Source: Myxococcota bacterium (GTDB taxonomy: Bacteria > Myxococcota > XYA12-FULL-58-9 > JALHOP01). From it: a stretch of DNA of 64,000 bases. Under the pieces are notes generated by a model. That model was not told the DNA's origin. It did not search any database and saw nothing but the letters and a program-made list of their open reading frames with translations. The stretch lies in assembly GCA_041288095.1 (NCBI GenBank), contig JBGGMJ010000212.1, positions 10,415-74,414 of the forward strand. Direction: 5' to 3'. Positions within the stretch are counted from its first letter, which is position 1; every line of letters begins with the position of its first letter. The position numbers and the translations under genes are program-made. This document shows positions 9,994 through 19,930 of the stretch, piece by piece.

Positions 9994-11481
9994 GTGGCAG
10001 CGTCCCTGACTACAGTCGGCCGATACGAGCTCGTGCGACGCCTTGCGGGGGGTGGCATGGGCGAGGTCTTCGCCGCGCGCATCCTCGGCGCCGAGGGCTT
10101 CGTCAAAGACGTCGCCTTGAAGCGCATCTACCCGCACCTCGCCGGTAGCCAAAAGCACCGCCAGCTGTTCGTCCGCGAAGCGAAAATCGTTGCTCAGCTC
10201 AGCCACCCGAACATCGTGCAAGTGCTCGAGCTCGGTAACGACGGCGACGATCTCTTCATGGCGATGGAGTTCGTCTCCGGCATCACCCTGTCCCAGGTGC
10301 TGCGCCGTTTCAACGATGAAGGCCGCAAGCTGCCCTTCCAGATCGTGGTCGCCATCGCCAACGATTTGCTCGAAGCCCTGGCCTACGCCCACGACTACAA
10401 CGATGCGAGTCTCGGCATCCGGGGTATCATCCACGCGGACGTGTCGCCGCAGAACGTCATGCTCACGCAGCAGGGTCGGGCCAAGCTCTGCGATTTCGGG
10501 GTCGCGAAGCTCTTGCGCTTCGCGAACCAAGAAGCGACGCAGCGCGAGCGTTGGGGCAAGGTCGCGTACATGGCGCCCGAAGCCGTCAACGACACGGGCC
10601 TCGACGCGCGCTCCGACATCTATGCCGTCGCCATCATGATGTTCGAGGCGATCAGCGGTCAGCGCGTGTTCTCGGCGAACAACGCAGGAGAGCTCGCACG
10701 CGCGGTCGTGCGGGGCGAACGGCCGTCATTCTATGCGGTGGCCACCGACACCCCCGTCGAGATCGCGGCGGTGATCGAGCGCGGCTGTGCCGTCGATCCA
10801 GCCATGCGTTTCCACAGCGCCGCCGCGATGCGCCGTGCCCTCCTCGACGCCGCGGGCACCGAATCGATCGAGGACTCGCGCCAGTGGCTCAGCGGCATGG
10901 TCGCCGACTCCGTGAGCAAGGATACCTCGCACGAGGGCACGCACAGCAGCCAGCCGACCGCGCTCACGTCGAGCGACACCTCGGTCGACCGTCCGTCACA
11001 GCGGACTTGGAAGCGTGCCGCGCTGGGAGCGACGGCGGGTGCCTTGCTGGCGACCATCGTCACCATGGTCGGACTCATGATGATGCAAGGCGGCAACGCC
11101 CCCGACCCGGAAGCTCCGATCCTCGAGCGCGTGCCGCCCGAGCCACTGCCCGTGCCCGACAATCCGCTAGCCGACGCCACGCCGGTCGACCAGGTACCTC
11201 GCGATGAAGGCGATGCGCACCGTCCTGCCCCGCGCCGGGCAGCGAAGACCACGCCGAAGACGAGCACGCAGAAGCCCGCGCTGCTGACGCTGAACTCGGT
11301 GCCGTGGGCGTACGTCGTGCTCGATGGCCAGCGTCTTCCAAAGCCCACACCACTGTTCGACTACGCGCTCGAGCCGGGCCAGCACACCATCCAACTGCGC
11401 GCCGCCAACGGTAAGACGCAGAGCTTGTCGCTCAATCTCCAGCCCGGCGAGGTCGTTCGCCGCGTGGTGCGTCTCGAATGA
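9994..11481 (+). CDS. Ser/Thr protein kinase with TM helix and C-terminal PEGA domain
   Basis: GGGMGEV, VALK, HADVSPQN, DFG, YMAPE; C-terminal LNSVPWAYVVLDG PEGA pattern. Confidence 0.93.
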   Translation: MAASLTTVGRYELVRRLAGGGMGEVFAARILGAEGFVKDVALKRIYPHLAGSQKHRQLFVREAKIVAQLSHPNIVQVLELGNDGDDLFMAMEFVSGITLSQVLRRFNDEGRKLPFQIVVAIANDLLEALAYAHDYNDASLGIRGIIHADVSPQNVMLTQQGRAKLCDFGVAKLLRFANQEATQRERWGKVAYMAPEAVNDTGLDARSDIYAVAIMMFEAISGQRVFSANNAGELARAVVRGERPSFYAVATDTPVEIAAVIERGCAVDPAMRFHSAAAMRRALLDAAGTESIEDSRQWLSGMVADSVSKDTSHEGTHSSQPTALTSSDTSVDRPSQRTWKRAALGATAGALLATIVTMVGLMMMQGGNAPDPEAPILERVPPEPLPVPDNPLADATPVDQVPRDEGDAHRPAPRRAAKTTPKTSTQKPALLTLNSVPWAYVVLDGQRLPKPTPLFDYALEPGQHTIQLRAANGKTQSLSLNLQPGEVVRRVVRLE

Positions 11482-14147
11482 GCGCGCGCGCTCTCATCAC
11501 GCTCGCGGTGGTGCTCACCGCCTGCAGCGCCGACGGCCTGGTACCCGACACCTGCCAAGAAGACGACGAGTGTCCCTTCGAGCAGTGCTGCGTTCAGGGC
11601 GCCTGTGTCGACCCCGGCCCGGTGGGCAGCTGCGCCACGGCCGCCATCGCGAACAGCAGCCTGGTGGTCACTCCTTCGACCGTCGTCGCCGGCTCGGACG
11701 CCGACGTACGCATCACCGTGCGCGACATTCATGGTCGTCCGATCGCGGGTGCGACCGCCGAGGTGTTGATTTCTAGCGATTGTCTCGGCTGTGACAGCAT
11801 CGTCAGCGGCAGCTGGCGTACCGACGCCGCGGGCAACATCGCCGCGGTGTTCCGCTCGACGGGCGCCGGCGCCAAGGAGCTCAGGCTTTTCGTCGGCAGC
11901 GCCGCATCTCCGACGACCATCATCAACGTGATTCCGGACGTCGCGGTCAGCGTCGGCTTCACGGGCGCCATAGCGGACACCCGCGTCGACTCGCCTCTCG
12001 GTGGCGTGGCGGTGACGCGCCTCGACGTCTACGGCAACCCCGGAGCGCTACCCGAGGTCGACCGCGGGCCAACGGCGGTCGAGATTCAGCTGGATGCGAA
12101 CCCCGCGGGTCTCGTCCTGGTGGACGCCGGCCGCGCCGCCCTCGCACCGGAGAGCCGCCGCTTCGTCTTGTCGCAGCCCAGTGTGCCGGTCGAGGGCCTG
12201 TACGTGAACCAGGTCTCGCACGGCCTGCGCCTCACGGCGTTCGACGCGAGCACCGAGCCGGCACTCGCTGCCTCGCAATCGAATGCCTTCGACATCACCG
12301 CGCCGCACGTGACCTCCGACATCGCCGCCGTGCTCAGCGGCTCGCCGGCGTCGCCGGTCACCCTCGAGTGGGCCGTGACTCCCGACGTGCCCGTCTCACT
12401 GCGCGAGAGCGGTGCCGCGCCCAGCCGCGTCACATCGCCGCATCTCTTCTATCCGACCTTCTCCGGAGAGCTCGCCAGCGTGACACACGTCCGCATCCAG
12501 CCCGAGATGGTGGCGCCCGCGCTCGATGTCGAGGTGACGAAGCTGGGGACCGCCCGCACCTCGTTCATTCCTTCGCAACGCGCCGGCTCGCAGGTGAACA
12601 TCACCGATATCAAGCGCCTCGGCGGTGGCGATCTCGTGGTCGCCGGCACCTTCACTTTCGACATGATCCTGGGCGAGCGGTCCGACGGCAGTCTCGCGCT
12701 GGTCAGCGCCGTCATCACGACCGGCCTCGAAGGCTTCATCGCGCGTCTCGATCCAACGGGGCGAGAGCTGCGCTGGGTCGTCATCTACTACGCGCAAGCC
12801 ACGAACAACCGCGGTGTCAACGTCAGCATCAGAGACATCGACGTAGGTGGCGGCACCATCACCGCCCTCGCCGAGTTCAGTGGCGCCGCCGCCGGCTGGC
12901 GCTTCGACGGCCCCCCGAACGCCGCTTTCCCCGACGGCCGGCCACGACAATGCACCATGGGCACTCCCTCGACCGACACCGCTATAACGACAGCCGTCGC
13001 GCGCATCGATCCCGCCACGGGAGACGTCGATTGGTGCGCGGGCCTGCACGACCCCGACGCCGCGACCGGCACGGTGTCGGACGTCCGCGCCGGCGCCGCC
13101 GCGGTCATCGGCAACGCGCACTACGTCGCGGTGCGCGTCACCGACACGTTCCGTGTTTATCGCGGAACCGTCGCCGACGGAGCACAGCCGGTGAAGCTCG
13201 TGGATGGGGCCGGCGCCGGGAACCCCGTGGTGCTGGTCGTGCCCACCACCGAGAGCGGCTGCACGCCCGGGGTGACTTCGCTCGTGCCCTTGAGTAACGG
13301 CGCGCTCGACGGCGAGTGGAACGTCGCGACGACGGGCATCTCGTTCGACCCGACCGTCCTCTTCAGGGACGCCGACGGCCAAGGCTTCGTGCTCGGCGGT
13401 CAGGCCTGCAGCAACGGCGTCAACGACATCCAGATTGGCGGCACGACCAGCGTCGACACCGCTGGCATCGACAGCACGCTATTGCGGGTCGACACACCAC
13501 TCGACCACGAAATCTCGCCAGGGGGAACGATGCGCCTCGTCTGGCACAGTGACGCCGACAGCACCGACCGCTTGTTCGACGCGGACCGTTTCCTCGATGA
13601 CATCGTCATCCTCGGCGACTTCACGAGCACCCTGCCATTCGGCGGCGGCACGCTCGGCTTGGTGAGCTCCTCCACGACCGCGTACGTCGCTCGTCTCGAC
13701 CGCCTCGCCGGCGAGATCGCCTGGTACAGCAGGATTGGCTCATCGACCACGGCCGCCTCGGGCCAGGGAATCTCGGTGAGCGGCGACCGGATCGTCATTG
13801 CCGTGCAATCGTCGGATGACCTGACCATCGTCGACTCATTGCACACGGCGTTCGACATGAACGACGCGCAGCCGGACCCGGTCGGTCTCCTGGCCGAGCT
13901 CGACAACGACGGAGAGGTGCGCTGGTCCAGCCCCTTCCTGGGCACCACGCGAACCAGCCGCCCGCTTGCGCTTCCAGGCGGCTCGGTCTTGCTCGGCGCC
14001 AATGGCTTGCAAGGCTCGATCGTCCTCGGGCCTCTCGATGCGCAGCCGGCGCGTCAGGCCAATCAGCGCGGCGGCCGTCAAGAGCCGGTGCTCGTGATCT
14101 ACACGCCCTATGATTTCGCCGTGCGCGATATCCTGCGGCAGCCCTAG
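11478..14147 (+). CDS. large lipoprotein with Cys-rich N-terminus, Ig-like domains and beta-propeller-like region
   Basis: Lipobox LTAC; CQEDDECPFEQCCVQGAC; invasin-like ITVRDIHGRPIAG; ATGA overlap with kinase. Confidence 0.75.
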   Translation: MSARALITLAVVLTACSADGLVPDTCQEDDECPFEQCCVQGACVDPGPVGSCATAAIANSSLVVTPSTVVAGSDADVRITVRDIHGRPIAGATAEVLISSDCLGCDSIVSGSWRTDAAGNIAAVFRSTGAGAKELRLFVGSAASPTTIINVIPDVAVSVGFTGAIADTRVDSPLGGVAVTRLDVYGNPGALPEVDRGPTAVEIQLDANPAGLVLVDAGRAALAPESRRFVLSQPSVPVEGLYVNQVSHGLRLTAFDASTEPALAASQSNAFDITAPHVTSDIAAVLSGSPASPVTLEWAVTPDVPVSLRESGAAPSRVTSPHLFYPTFSGELASVTHVRIQPEMVAPALDVEVTKLGTARTSFIPSQRAGSQVNITDIKRLGGGDLVVAGTFTFDMILGERSDGSLALVSAVITTGLEGFIARLDPTGRELRWVVIYYAQATNNRGVNVSIRDIDVGGGTITALAEFSGAAAGWRFDGPPNAAFPDGRPRQCTMGTPSTDTAITTAVARIDPATGDVDWCAGLHDPDAATGTVSDVRAGAAAVIGNAHYVAVRVTDTFRVYRGTVADGAQPVKLVDGAGAGNPVVLVVPTTESGCTPGVTSLVPLSNGALDGEWNVATTGISFDPTVLFRDADGQGFVLGGQACSNGVNDIQIGGTTSVDTAGIDSTLLRVDTPLDHEISPGGTMRLVWHSDADSTDRLFDADRFLDDIVILGDFTSTLPFGGGTLGLVSSSTTAYVARLDRLAGEIAWYSRIGSSTTAASGQGISVSGDRIVIAVQSSDDLTIVDSLHTAFDMNDAQPDPVGLLAELDNDGEVRWSSPFLGTTRTSRPLALPGGSVLLGANGLQGSIVLGPLDAQPARQANQRGGRQEPVLVIYTPYDFAVRDILRQP

Positions 14148-15244
14148 GGCAGGGTCGCGTTCACGGCGACCTTGTCGGTGTCGCTGGTCGCCGCCACGAT
14201 GCCGACCACGGCGCCCGTCACGACGACGCCTGCGGCTGTCCAGAACCACCAACGCTTCCACACCGGCGGCGGCGGCTGTGCTTGCTCCTCGAGACGGTGC
14301 AGCTCGACGAGCTCGGAGCGAATGCGCTCGTTCCCGAGGCTCGGGTTCGAGGCTTCGAGGGTCACGGGGCCGCGGATGTCCTTGAACGGCTTGCGGCTCA
14401 CCATCGCCTGCATGACGGCGCCTTCGCGATCGACGAGCACGACATCGTCGGCTTCCTGCAACGTCATCACCAAGCGCACGTCGCCGAGCTGGCCTTCGCG
14501 CCAGGAAGCGCGGAGGCGTTCGGCGGTGGTCGGCACCAGGCTCAGGTCGACGTTCGTGGTCTCGCGCGCCTTGGCGGTGATGACGACGTCACGGCGGATG
14601 CCGTTCGCTTCGGCGCTCACGAAGTGACGGCCGGGAGGGACGCGCATGTCGCACGGACCGTTGCACGTCCGCTTGTCGACCCGGACCACGGCCTTCGCTT
14701 CGACGCGGATGGTCGCCGTAGGCTCGGCGCCGCCGCAGGTTCGTCGCAGCTCCTCGACGACATGCGGAGGATAGACGGTGGCTTTGGGGTGCCACTTCGG
14801 GTCGAGGGCGCACACGGCTTCCAGATAACCGCGCGCCGCCGTCGTATCGTGGCGTTCGATGGCCACCCAAGCGAGGAGCATCTGGGCTTCGACGGCGGTG
14901 GGCAAATCGCGCTCGGTGCGCGGCGACGCCTCGATGTCGCCCATCAGCGTGCGCAACACCTGCACCGCGCGGTCGACGTCCAGCGCGTCGAAGGCGGCGC
15001 GGCCGGCGGCGAGCGTGGCTCGACGCTGGGTACCTTCGTCGGGGTTGCATGGAGGCGCGTCACCGATGAGGCGCCATGACGCGACACCCATGTTCGAGAG
15101 CTCGGGTACCAAGCGGCTGGTGACCCCAGCGAGCTCGCTGTCGACGCACGTCTGTACCACCGCGACGGTGCCGGGCTCGTCGGCGGCCGACGCGGATGCA
15201 GCCGCGAGCATGAGAACCGCAAGAAAAAGCGTGCTAGAACGCAC
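14144..15244 (-). CDS. exported TPR/PEGA-like protein with C-terminal membrane anchor
   Basis: Signal peptide; helical region; VRVDKR...VPPGRHFV PEGA-like segment; PVWKRWWFWTAAGVVV anchor typical of myxobacterial PEGA proteins. Confidence 0.75.
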   Translation of the reverse strand: MRSSTLFLAVLMLAAASASAADEPGTVAVVQTCVDSELAGVTSRLVPELSNMGVASWRLIGDAPPCNPDEGTQRRATLAAGRAAFDALDVDRAVQVLRTLMGDIEASPRTERDLPTAVEAQMLLAWVAIERHDTTAARGYLEAVCALDPKWHPKATVYPPHVVEELRRTCGGAEPTATIRVEAKAVVRVDKRTCNGPCDMRVPPGRHFVSAEANGIRRDVVITAKARETTNVDLSLVPTTAERLRASWREGQLGDVRLVMTLQEADDVVLVDREGAVMQAMVSRKPFKDIRGPVTLEASNPSLGNERIRSELVELHRLEEQAQPPPPVWKRWWFWTAAGVVVTGAVVGIVAATSDTDKVAVNATLP

Positions 15245-15247
15245 GCC

Positions 15248-15685
15248 ATGGTTCTAGACCCACGGCGGGCGGGGCGCCATCTTCTCCTCTTGGCGTTATG
15301 CGGCGCCGCTTGCGGCGGCGATGTGAGCTTGCGTCTCGGTTTCGTGCTGCCGGAGGGCAGCACCGCCCTCTCCGGCACCGCCACCGTCGACCTGTGGGCG
15401 ACACGCTCGAGCACGCGGATCGCCTTCGTCACGGCGGTCTATGCGCCCGGTGTCGTGCTCGCCCTCGACGACATCGACAAGGAAGGCCCCGACTTGAGCT
15501 TGTTTCTCACGGCACGCAACGCCGAGGGCGCGGCGACCGCCTACGGCGAGCTGGGCCCGGCGGCAACGTCCTCGATAGCGGACGCAGGCGAGGTCTGTTG
15601 CTTGACGATGTGCGTTTGCACCGATGCTTACCGCCAAGCCGAGACCTGCGATTGTGGCTCGACCGGCTGCGAGACGTGCGACTGA
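15248..15685 (+). CDS. small lipoprotein with Cys-rich C-terminus
   Basis: LLLLALCGAAC lipobox; C-terminal CCLTMCVC...CDCGSTGCETCD. Confidence 0.65.
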   Translation: MVLDPRRAGRHLLLLALCGAACGGDVSLRLGFVLPEGSTALSGTATVDLWATRSSTRIAFVTAVYAPGVVLALDDIDKEGPDLSLFLTARNAEGAATAYGELGPAATSSIADAGEVCCLTMCVCTDAYRQAETCDCGSTGCETCD

Positions 15686-15734
15686 GCTCCGCCGATGGCC
15701 GCGGCGTCTTCGGCCTGCTCGAAGGAACCGCGTC

Positions 15735-16058
15735 CTAGCGCGACTCGTTCGACGCCTCCGCCTCGGCGGACACAGGCTCCCGCGTGAAGTCGGTCGTGTC
15801 CATCGGCAAGCCATAGGCCGCGTCGATCCACGCGTCATCGGCGCTCGCCATGGTGCGCCGCTCGTCCTTGATGGGCACGGCTTCGCTGGCCAGAAGACGC
15901 TGCCGCTCCCAGTGGGCCCGCGCGTCGTCTTCGACGGCCACGCGTTCCTCGGGTGTCAGAATAGGCTCGTACGCCCGCCGAGCTTGCTCCGCCACCATGA
16001 CCGCGACAGCGCACAGGAAAAACACCACCACGCCCAGAAAGGCGACGTTCTTACGCAT
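15735..16058 (-). CDS. hypothetical protein with N-terminal membrane anchor
   Basis: RBS GGGGAG; MRKNVAFLGVVVFFLCAVAVMVA. Confidence 0.55.
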   Translation of the reverse strand: MRKNVAFLGVVVFFLCAVAVMVAEQARRAYEPILTPEERVAVEDDARAHWERQRLLASEAVPIKDERRTMASADDAWIDAAYGLPMDTTDFTREPVSAEAEASNESR

Positions 16059-16132
16059 GACACTCCCCCGCCCCCAAAAGGTGCTAACGTCCGCGGCCGG
16101 CCGCAACCGGGGCCACGACACCCGGACCACGC

Positions 16133-16972
16133 ATGATCGTTCATCTCATCGACGGCACGTACGAGCTCTTCAGGCACTTCTACGGCTTGCGCAGCTTCAA
16201 CAAGGGCAAGGACCAGCCCTTCGGCGCGGTGGTCGGCGTGCTCAACACGGTGCTCGGGATGATCGAGCAGGGTGAGCCTTACGTCGGTGTCGCGACCGAC
16301 CACGTCATCGAGTCGTTTCGAAATGACCTTTGGCCCGGCTACAAGACGGGCGCCGGCATCGACCGCGCCCTCTGGTCACAGTTTCATCCGCTGGAAGACG
16401 CGCTGGCGGACATGGGCGTTGCTGTGTGGCCGATGAAAGAGCTCGAGGCCGACGACGCTCTCGCTTCGGCGGCGCACGTGGCGAGTCTCGATGCCCGCGT
16501 CGAGAAGGTGTGCATCTGGACTCCCGACAAGGACCTGGCGCAGTGCGTTCGCGATAGCAGAGTCGTGCAGGTCGACCGCAAGTCGAAGGAGATTCGTGAC
16601 GCTGACGGTGTCCGAGCCAAGTTCGGCGTCGACCCCGAGCGCATCCCCGATTACCTCGCCCTCGTAGGCGACACCGCGGATGGCTATCCGGGCATTGCCG
16701 GCATCGGCGCCAAGACAGCGGCGCGGCTGGTCGCCAAGCACGGCGCCATCGAGGATTTCCCGCCCGAGGTGTTGAAGGACCGCAGCGCCGACGCCTTGCT
16801 GTTCAAGAAGCTCGCGACCCTGCGCGAGGATGCGAAGTTGTTCGAAAGCGTCGACCAGCTCCGCTGGCGCGGACCGACCGAGGCGTTCCCGAAGGCGGCC
16901 ATGAAGCTCGGCTCCGAGGCGTTGCTGACACGCGCGCGCAAGGCCGCCGCGATGCTAGACTCGAAACCATGA
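16133..16972 (+). CDS. 5'-3' exonuclease / flap endonuclease (PolA N-terminal-like)
   Basis: HLIDGT, EADDALAS, TPDKDLAQ, LVGDTADGYPGIAGIGAKTA (H3TH). Confidence 0.93.
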   Translation: MIVHLIDGTYELFRHFYGLRSFNKGKDQPFGAVVGVLNTVLGMIEQGEPYVGVATDHVIESFRNDLWPGYKTGAGIDRALWSQFHPLEDALADMGVAVWPMKELEADDALASAAHVASLDARVEKVCIWTPDKDLAQCVRDSRVVQVDRKSKEIRDADGVRAKFGVDPERIPDYLALVGDTADGYPGIAGIGAKTAARLVAKHGAIEDFPPEVLKDRSADALLFKKLATLREDAKLFESVDQLRWRGPTEAFPKAAMKLGSEALLTRARKAAAMLDSKP

Positions 16973-17877
16973 TCGCCCTCGCACTCATCGTGGTCGCCGC
17001 GACCGATCCCGCTTTCGCCGCGAGTGACGCCACCGCCAAGGCCATCGACAGCATGGAGGGCAAGCTCGTGGTCTACGGCGTCAGCGCTGGGCAGGAGCAT
17101 TCGCTAGAGGGCAGCTCGGGCGAAGCCTTCGCTGACAAGGACGGCCGCGTCCGCAAGATCGCGATGACCTTCTACGGCGAGACCTACCGGGCCCTGCTCG
17201 CCGTGTATGTCCGCGACGGCGTCCCGTTCCTCGCCGAGCGGCGGACTGGACTCTATCGCGGAGGGCTCACCGACCCCGCGATCGGTCACACTGACGTCGA
17301 GCGCGTGTATCTCGACGGCGACAAGGTGCTTGGCGCGGTCGACGGTGAAGGCAAGCCGCTGGCGCCGGCCGGCAGTGAGACCCTGGTGAAGCTGGTACAA
17401 GGAGTCGCCAAGCCCATCATCGAGTGCATCGCCAAGGCGAAGGGCGCCGCGGCTAGCTGCGAGTCCGTGGCGGAGCTACGCGACACTCAGCCTTTCGACA
17501 GCGATCCGCGAATCGCGCTCATCAAGCGTGAATTCGAACGCACGCAAAAGGAGCGCCCATCTTACAAGAAGCGCGACGTCAGCAACGCCAACTGGGAGAT
17601 GACAGGCAGCGCCTACGCCAACGCGGCAGGTGAGCTGCGCTTCGCTTCAATCAGAGCCGGTGGCGCACGCGTCGACTTCTATTACGCGGGGAAAGACCTA
17701 TTGTTCAGCCTGCGCAAGGACAGCGCCGGCGAGGTCCGCGTCTACTATGACGCCGACAAGCCGATTCGCATCCTCGACACCAAGAACAAGCGTGTGCGCG
17801 TCAACCAGACGAGCTACGCGACGCACGTCCAGCCCATCATCGAATATGCGACGTTGCTGCGCGAACCCACCCCTTGA
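16969..17877 (+). CDS. exported hypothetical protein with internal duplication
   Basis: Hydrophobic N-terminus ending AFA; ATGA overlap with the upstream gene; two similar beta-rich halves. Confidence 0.65.
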   Translation: MIALALIVVAATDPAFAASDATAKAIDSMEGKLVVYGVSAGQEHSLEGSSGEAFADKDGRVRKIAMTFYGETYRALLAVYVRDGVPFLAERRTGLYRGGLTDPAIGHTDVERVYLDGDKVLGAVDGEGKPLAPAGSETLVKLVQGVAKPIIECIAKAKGAAASCESVAELRDTQPFDSDPRIALIKREFERTQKERPSYKKRDVSNANWEMTGSAYANAAGELRFASIRAGGARVDFYYAGKDLLFSLRKDSAGEVRVYYDADKPIRILDTKNKRVRVNQTSYATHVQPIIEYATLLREPTP

Positions 17878-17902
17878 TATGTCGGTCCCAACAGGAGCTC
17901 AC

Positions 17903-18370
17903 ATGAGGACGCGACGCGATTTCATCACCACGACCGGGGCCGCTGTCGCCGCCGCTTCTTTTCTTGCCGCCGGCGATGCAAAAGCCGCGGCTGCCGCGAC
18001 GCCGCCGGGGAAGGACGCAAAGGACCTCCACACCGACGTGGTCGAGTCCGCTTCAGCGTGCATCCGCGCCGGCGAGCTATGCGTCGCCCATTGCACCGAA
18101 GAGCTCGCCAAGGGCAACACGTCGATGGCGAGCTGCAACAAGCGCGTCCACGAGATGCTGGCGATGACCCGAGCGATGCAGACGCTCGCCGCCAGCAAGT
18201 CCGAGTTCGCCAAGCGTCACGCGGCCGTGTGCGCCGACGTGTGCAAAGCCTGCGCTGCCGCCTGCCTCGAGCACAAAGAGCACTGGGGCCACGGTATGCA
18301 CATGGCTTGCAAAGCTTGTTACGACGCGTGCGTCGCCTGCGAGCAGAGCTGCCGCAAGCTCGCGGCCTAG
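17903..18370 (+). CDS. csp1: Csp1-type four-helix-bundle copper storage protein, Tat signal
   Basis: TRRDFI Tat signal; CIRAGELCVAHC, CADVCKACAAAC, CKACYDACVACEQSC; RBS AGGAG. Confidence 0.88.
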   Translation: MRTRRDFITTTGAAVAAASFLAAGDAKAAAAATPPGKDAKDLHTDVVESASACIRAGELCVAHCTEELAKGNTSMASCNKRVHEMLAMTRAMQTLAASKSEFAKRHAAVCADVCKACAAACLEHKEHWGHGMHMACKACYDACVACEQSCRKLAA

Positions 18371-18395
18371 CAACTTACGGAAGCACTTCGATAAG

Positions 18396-18686
18396 TTACC
18401 GGCGTACCCAGGCCTCGCAGATCGCCTGGGCTTCCCAGCGACGCGACGCGCGCCGCACGTCGTGCAGCTCACCCGCGTAGATGGCCACGGCGTACCAACA
18501 GCAGCGCCCGTTGGCCTTGGCGGCGCGATGTACCTCGAAGCGCACGCAGGCGTCCGCGTAGATGACCGTGACGTCGCAAGGCGCCGGTCGCCCCGCTCCG
18601 CCGACGAGCAGCTTCAACGTCGCCCGCAACCGTGGACGCGGTGCCCGAGCCTCTTGTCTGCGTGCCAGAGCTGATTGTCGCGCCAT
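18396..18686 (-). CDS. small hypothetical protein
   Basis: GAGGGGGG RBS before ATG 18686; fills the gap between two + genes. Confidence 0.4.
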   Translation of the reverse strand: MARQSALARRQEARAPRPRLRATLKLLVGGAGRPAPCDVTVIYADACVRFEVHRAAKANGRCCWYAVAIYAGELHDVRRASRRWEAQAICEAWVRR

Positions 18687-18746
18687 CGAGCCCCCCTCGA
18701 TCATAGTGTAAGCAAGGGGTCCGACAGTTTTTCCGTGGGAGCGCCG

Positions 18747-19400
18747 GTGCGTCACATCTTGCTGGTCATCGCGTACATTTCGCTCGCCGCCTGCGACAGC
18801 GCCTACTACGGATTCTGGGACAAGCTCGGCGTCCAGAAGCGCGACATCATGGTCAAGCGTGTCGAGTCCGCCCGCGACGCCGAGAAGGACGCGCAGGAGC
18901 AGTTCAAGAGCGCGCTCGATCACTTCCGCGCGGTCGTGAACATCGAGGGTGGCGAGCTCGAGAAGCGCTACGACGCGCTGCAAGGCCAATACGACAAAAG
19001 CGAAGAGCGCGCCAAAGCGGTCACCAAGCGCGTCGACGACGTGCACAACGTCGCCGAGGACCTGTTCAAGGAGTGGCAGGACGAGCTCGGCCAGTACCAA
19101 AGCGGCGAGCTAAGGGCCGCGAGCGCCAAACAGATGAAGGCGACGCGCCAGCGCTACGACGTCTTCATGAAGCAGATGCGCGAAGCCGAAAAAGTGATGC
19201 ACCCCGTGCTCGCCAAGTTCCACGACCAGGTGCTGTTCCTGAAGCACAACCTGAACGCTCAAGCGGTCGGGTCGCTCAGGAACGAGCATCAGCGCATCGA
19301 GACCGACGTCGCCAAGCTCATCGAAGAGATGGAGGCGGCCATCAAGCACGCCGACGGGTTCGTGGAGACCTTGAAGGCGGACAGCCCGCCGAACGCCTAG
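18747..19400 (+). CDS. DUF2959 family lipoprotein
   Basis: LAACDSAYYGFWDKLGVQKRDIMVKRVESARDA and DQVLFLKHNLNAQA signatures. Confidence 0.9.
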   Translation: MRHILLVIAYISLAACDSAYYGFWDKLGVQKRDIMVKRVESARDAEKDAQEQFKSALDHFRAVVNIEGGELEKRYDALQGQYDKSEERAKAVTKRVDDVHNVAEDLFKEWQDELGQYQSGELRAASAKQMKATRQRYDVFMKQMREAEKVMHPVLAKFHDQVLFLKHNLNAQAVGSLRNEHQRIETDVAKLIEEMEAAIKHADGFVETLKADSPPNA

Positions 19401-19415
19401 CCCAATGCGCGCGCC

Positions 19416-19883
19416 TCAGCGCCCCGCGCCCGACAGATCGATCTTGAGAACGTCGCTCGCGAACTTGCCCATGCGGGCAACGACCTTGTCCATGGCGGGC
19501 TTGGCGCTCTTGCCGAGACGGTTTGCTTCCTCTTCGAGCTTCTCGCGACAGCTCAGGTCGTAACAGACGTGGACGCCGGCGAGCTTCTTGGCGTTCACCT
19601 TGGCGGTGAGCATCCCGGCTCGCACCGACGGGCCGGCGCTGTGGCACCAGTCGCACATGTTGGGGACCTGGGGCCCCGCGCCGTTCGTGGCGAAGACGAT
19701 GCCGGTAGGAGCGTCCCCCGCCGCCGCGAACACCAGGAAGACCTTGCCACCCGAAGGGTGCACCCAGGCCGTATAGCCGCGCACGATCAGCGGAAAAGCC
19801 ATGCCGGAGGCGAGCTCCACCTGCGACCTGTCCTTGGGACGGAAGGCCGCGAGCAAGTCGTCCTCGGAGTCCAACTTGAACAT
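19416..19883 (-). CDS. FBP domain protein (FusB/FBP C-terminal treble-clef zinc finger)
   Basis: YTAWVHPSG, MCDWCH, GVHVCYDLSC. Confidence 0.75.
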   Translation of the reverse strand: MFKLDSEDDLLAAFRPKDRSQVELASGMAFPLIVRGYTAWVHPSGGKVFLVFAAAGDAPTGIVFATNGAGPQVPNMCDWCHSAGPSVRAGMLTAKVNAKKLAGVHVCYDLSCREKLEEEANRLGKSAKPAMDKVVARMGKFASDVLKIDLSGAGR

Positions 19884-19930
19884 GTCTCTATCGTGTCATT
19901 TGGCGGCGCGCCTCGCCAGCGAGCGTTGGG

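Noticed and set aside
19416..19883. Fusidic acid resistance (FusB) call
   Set aside because: Only the zinc-finger-type domain is evident, without the N-terminal helical domain of FusB; resistance cannot be inferred.
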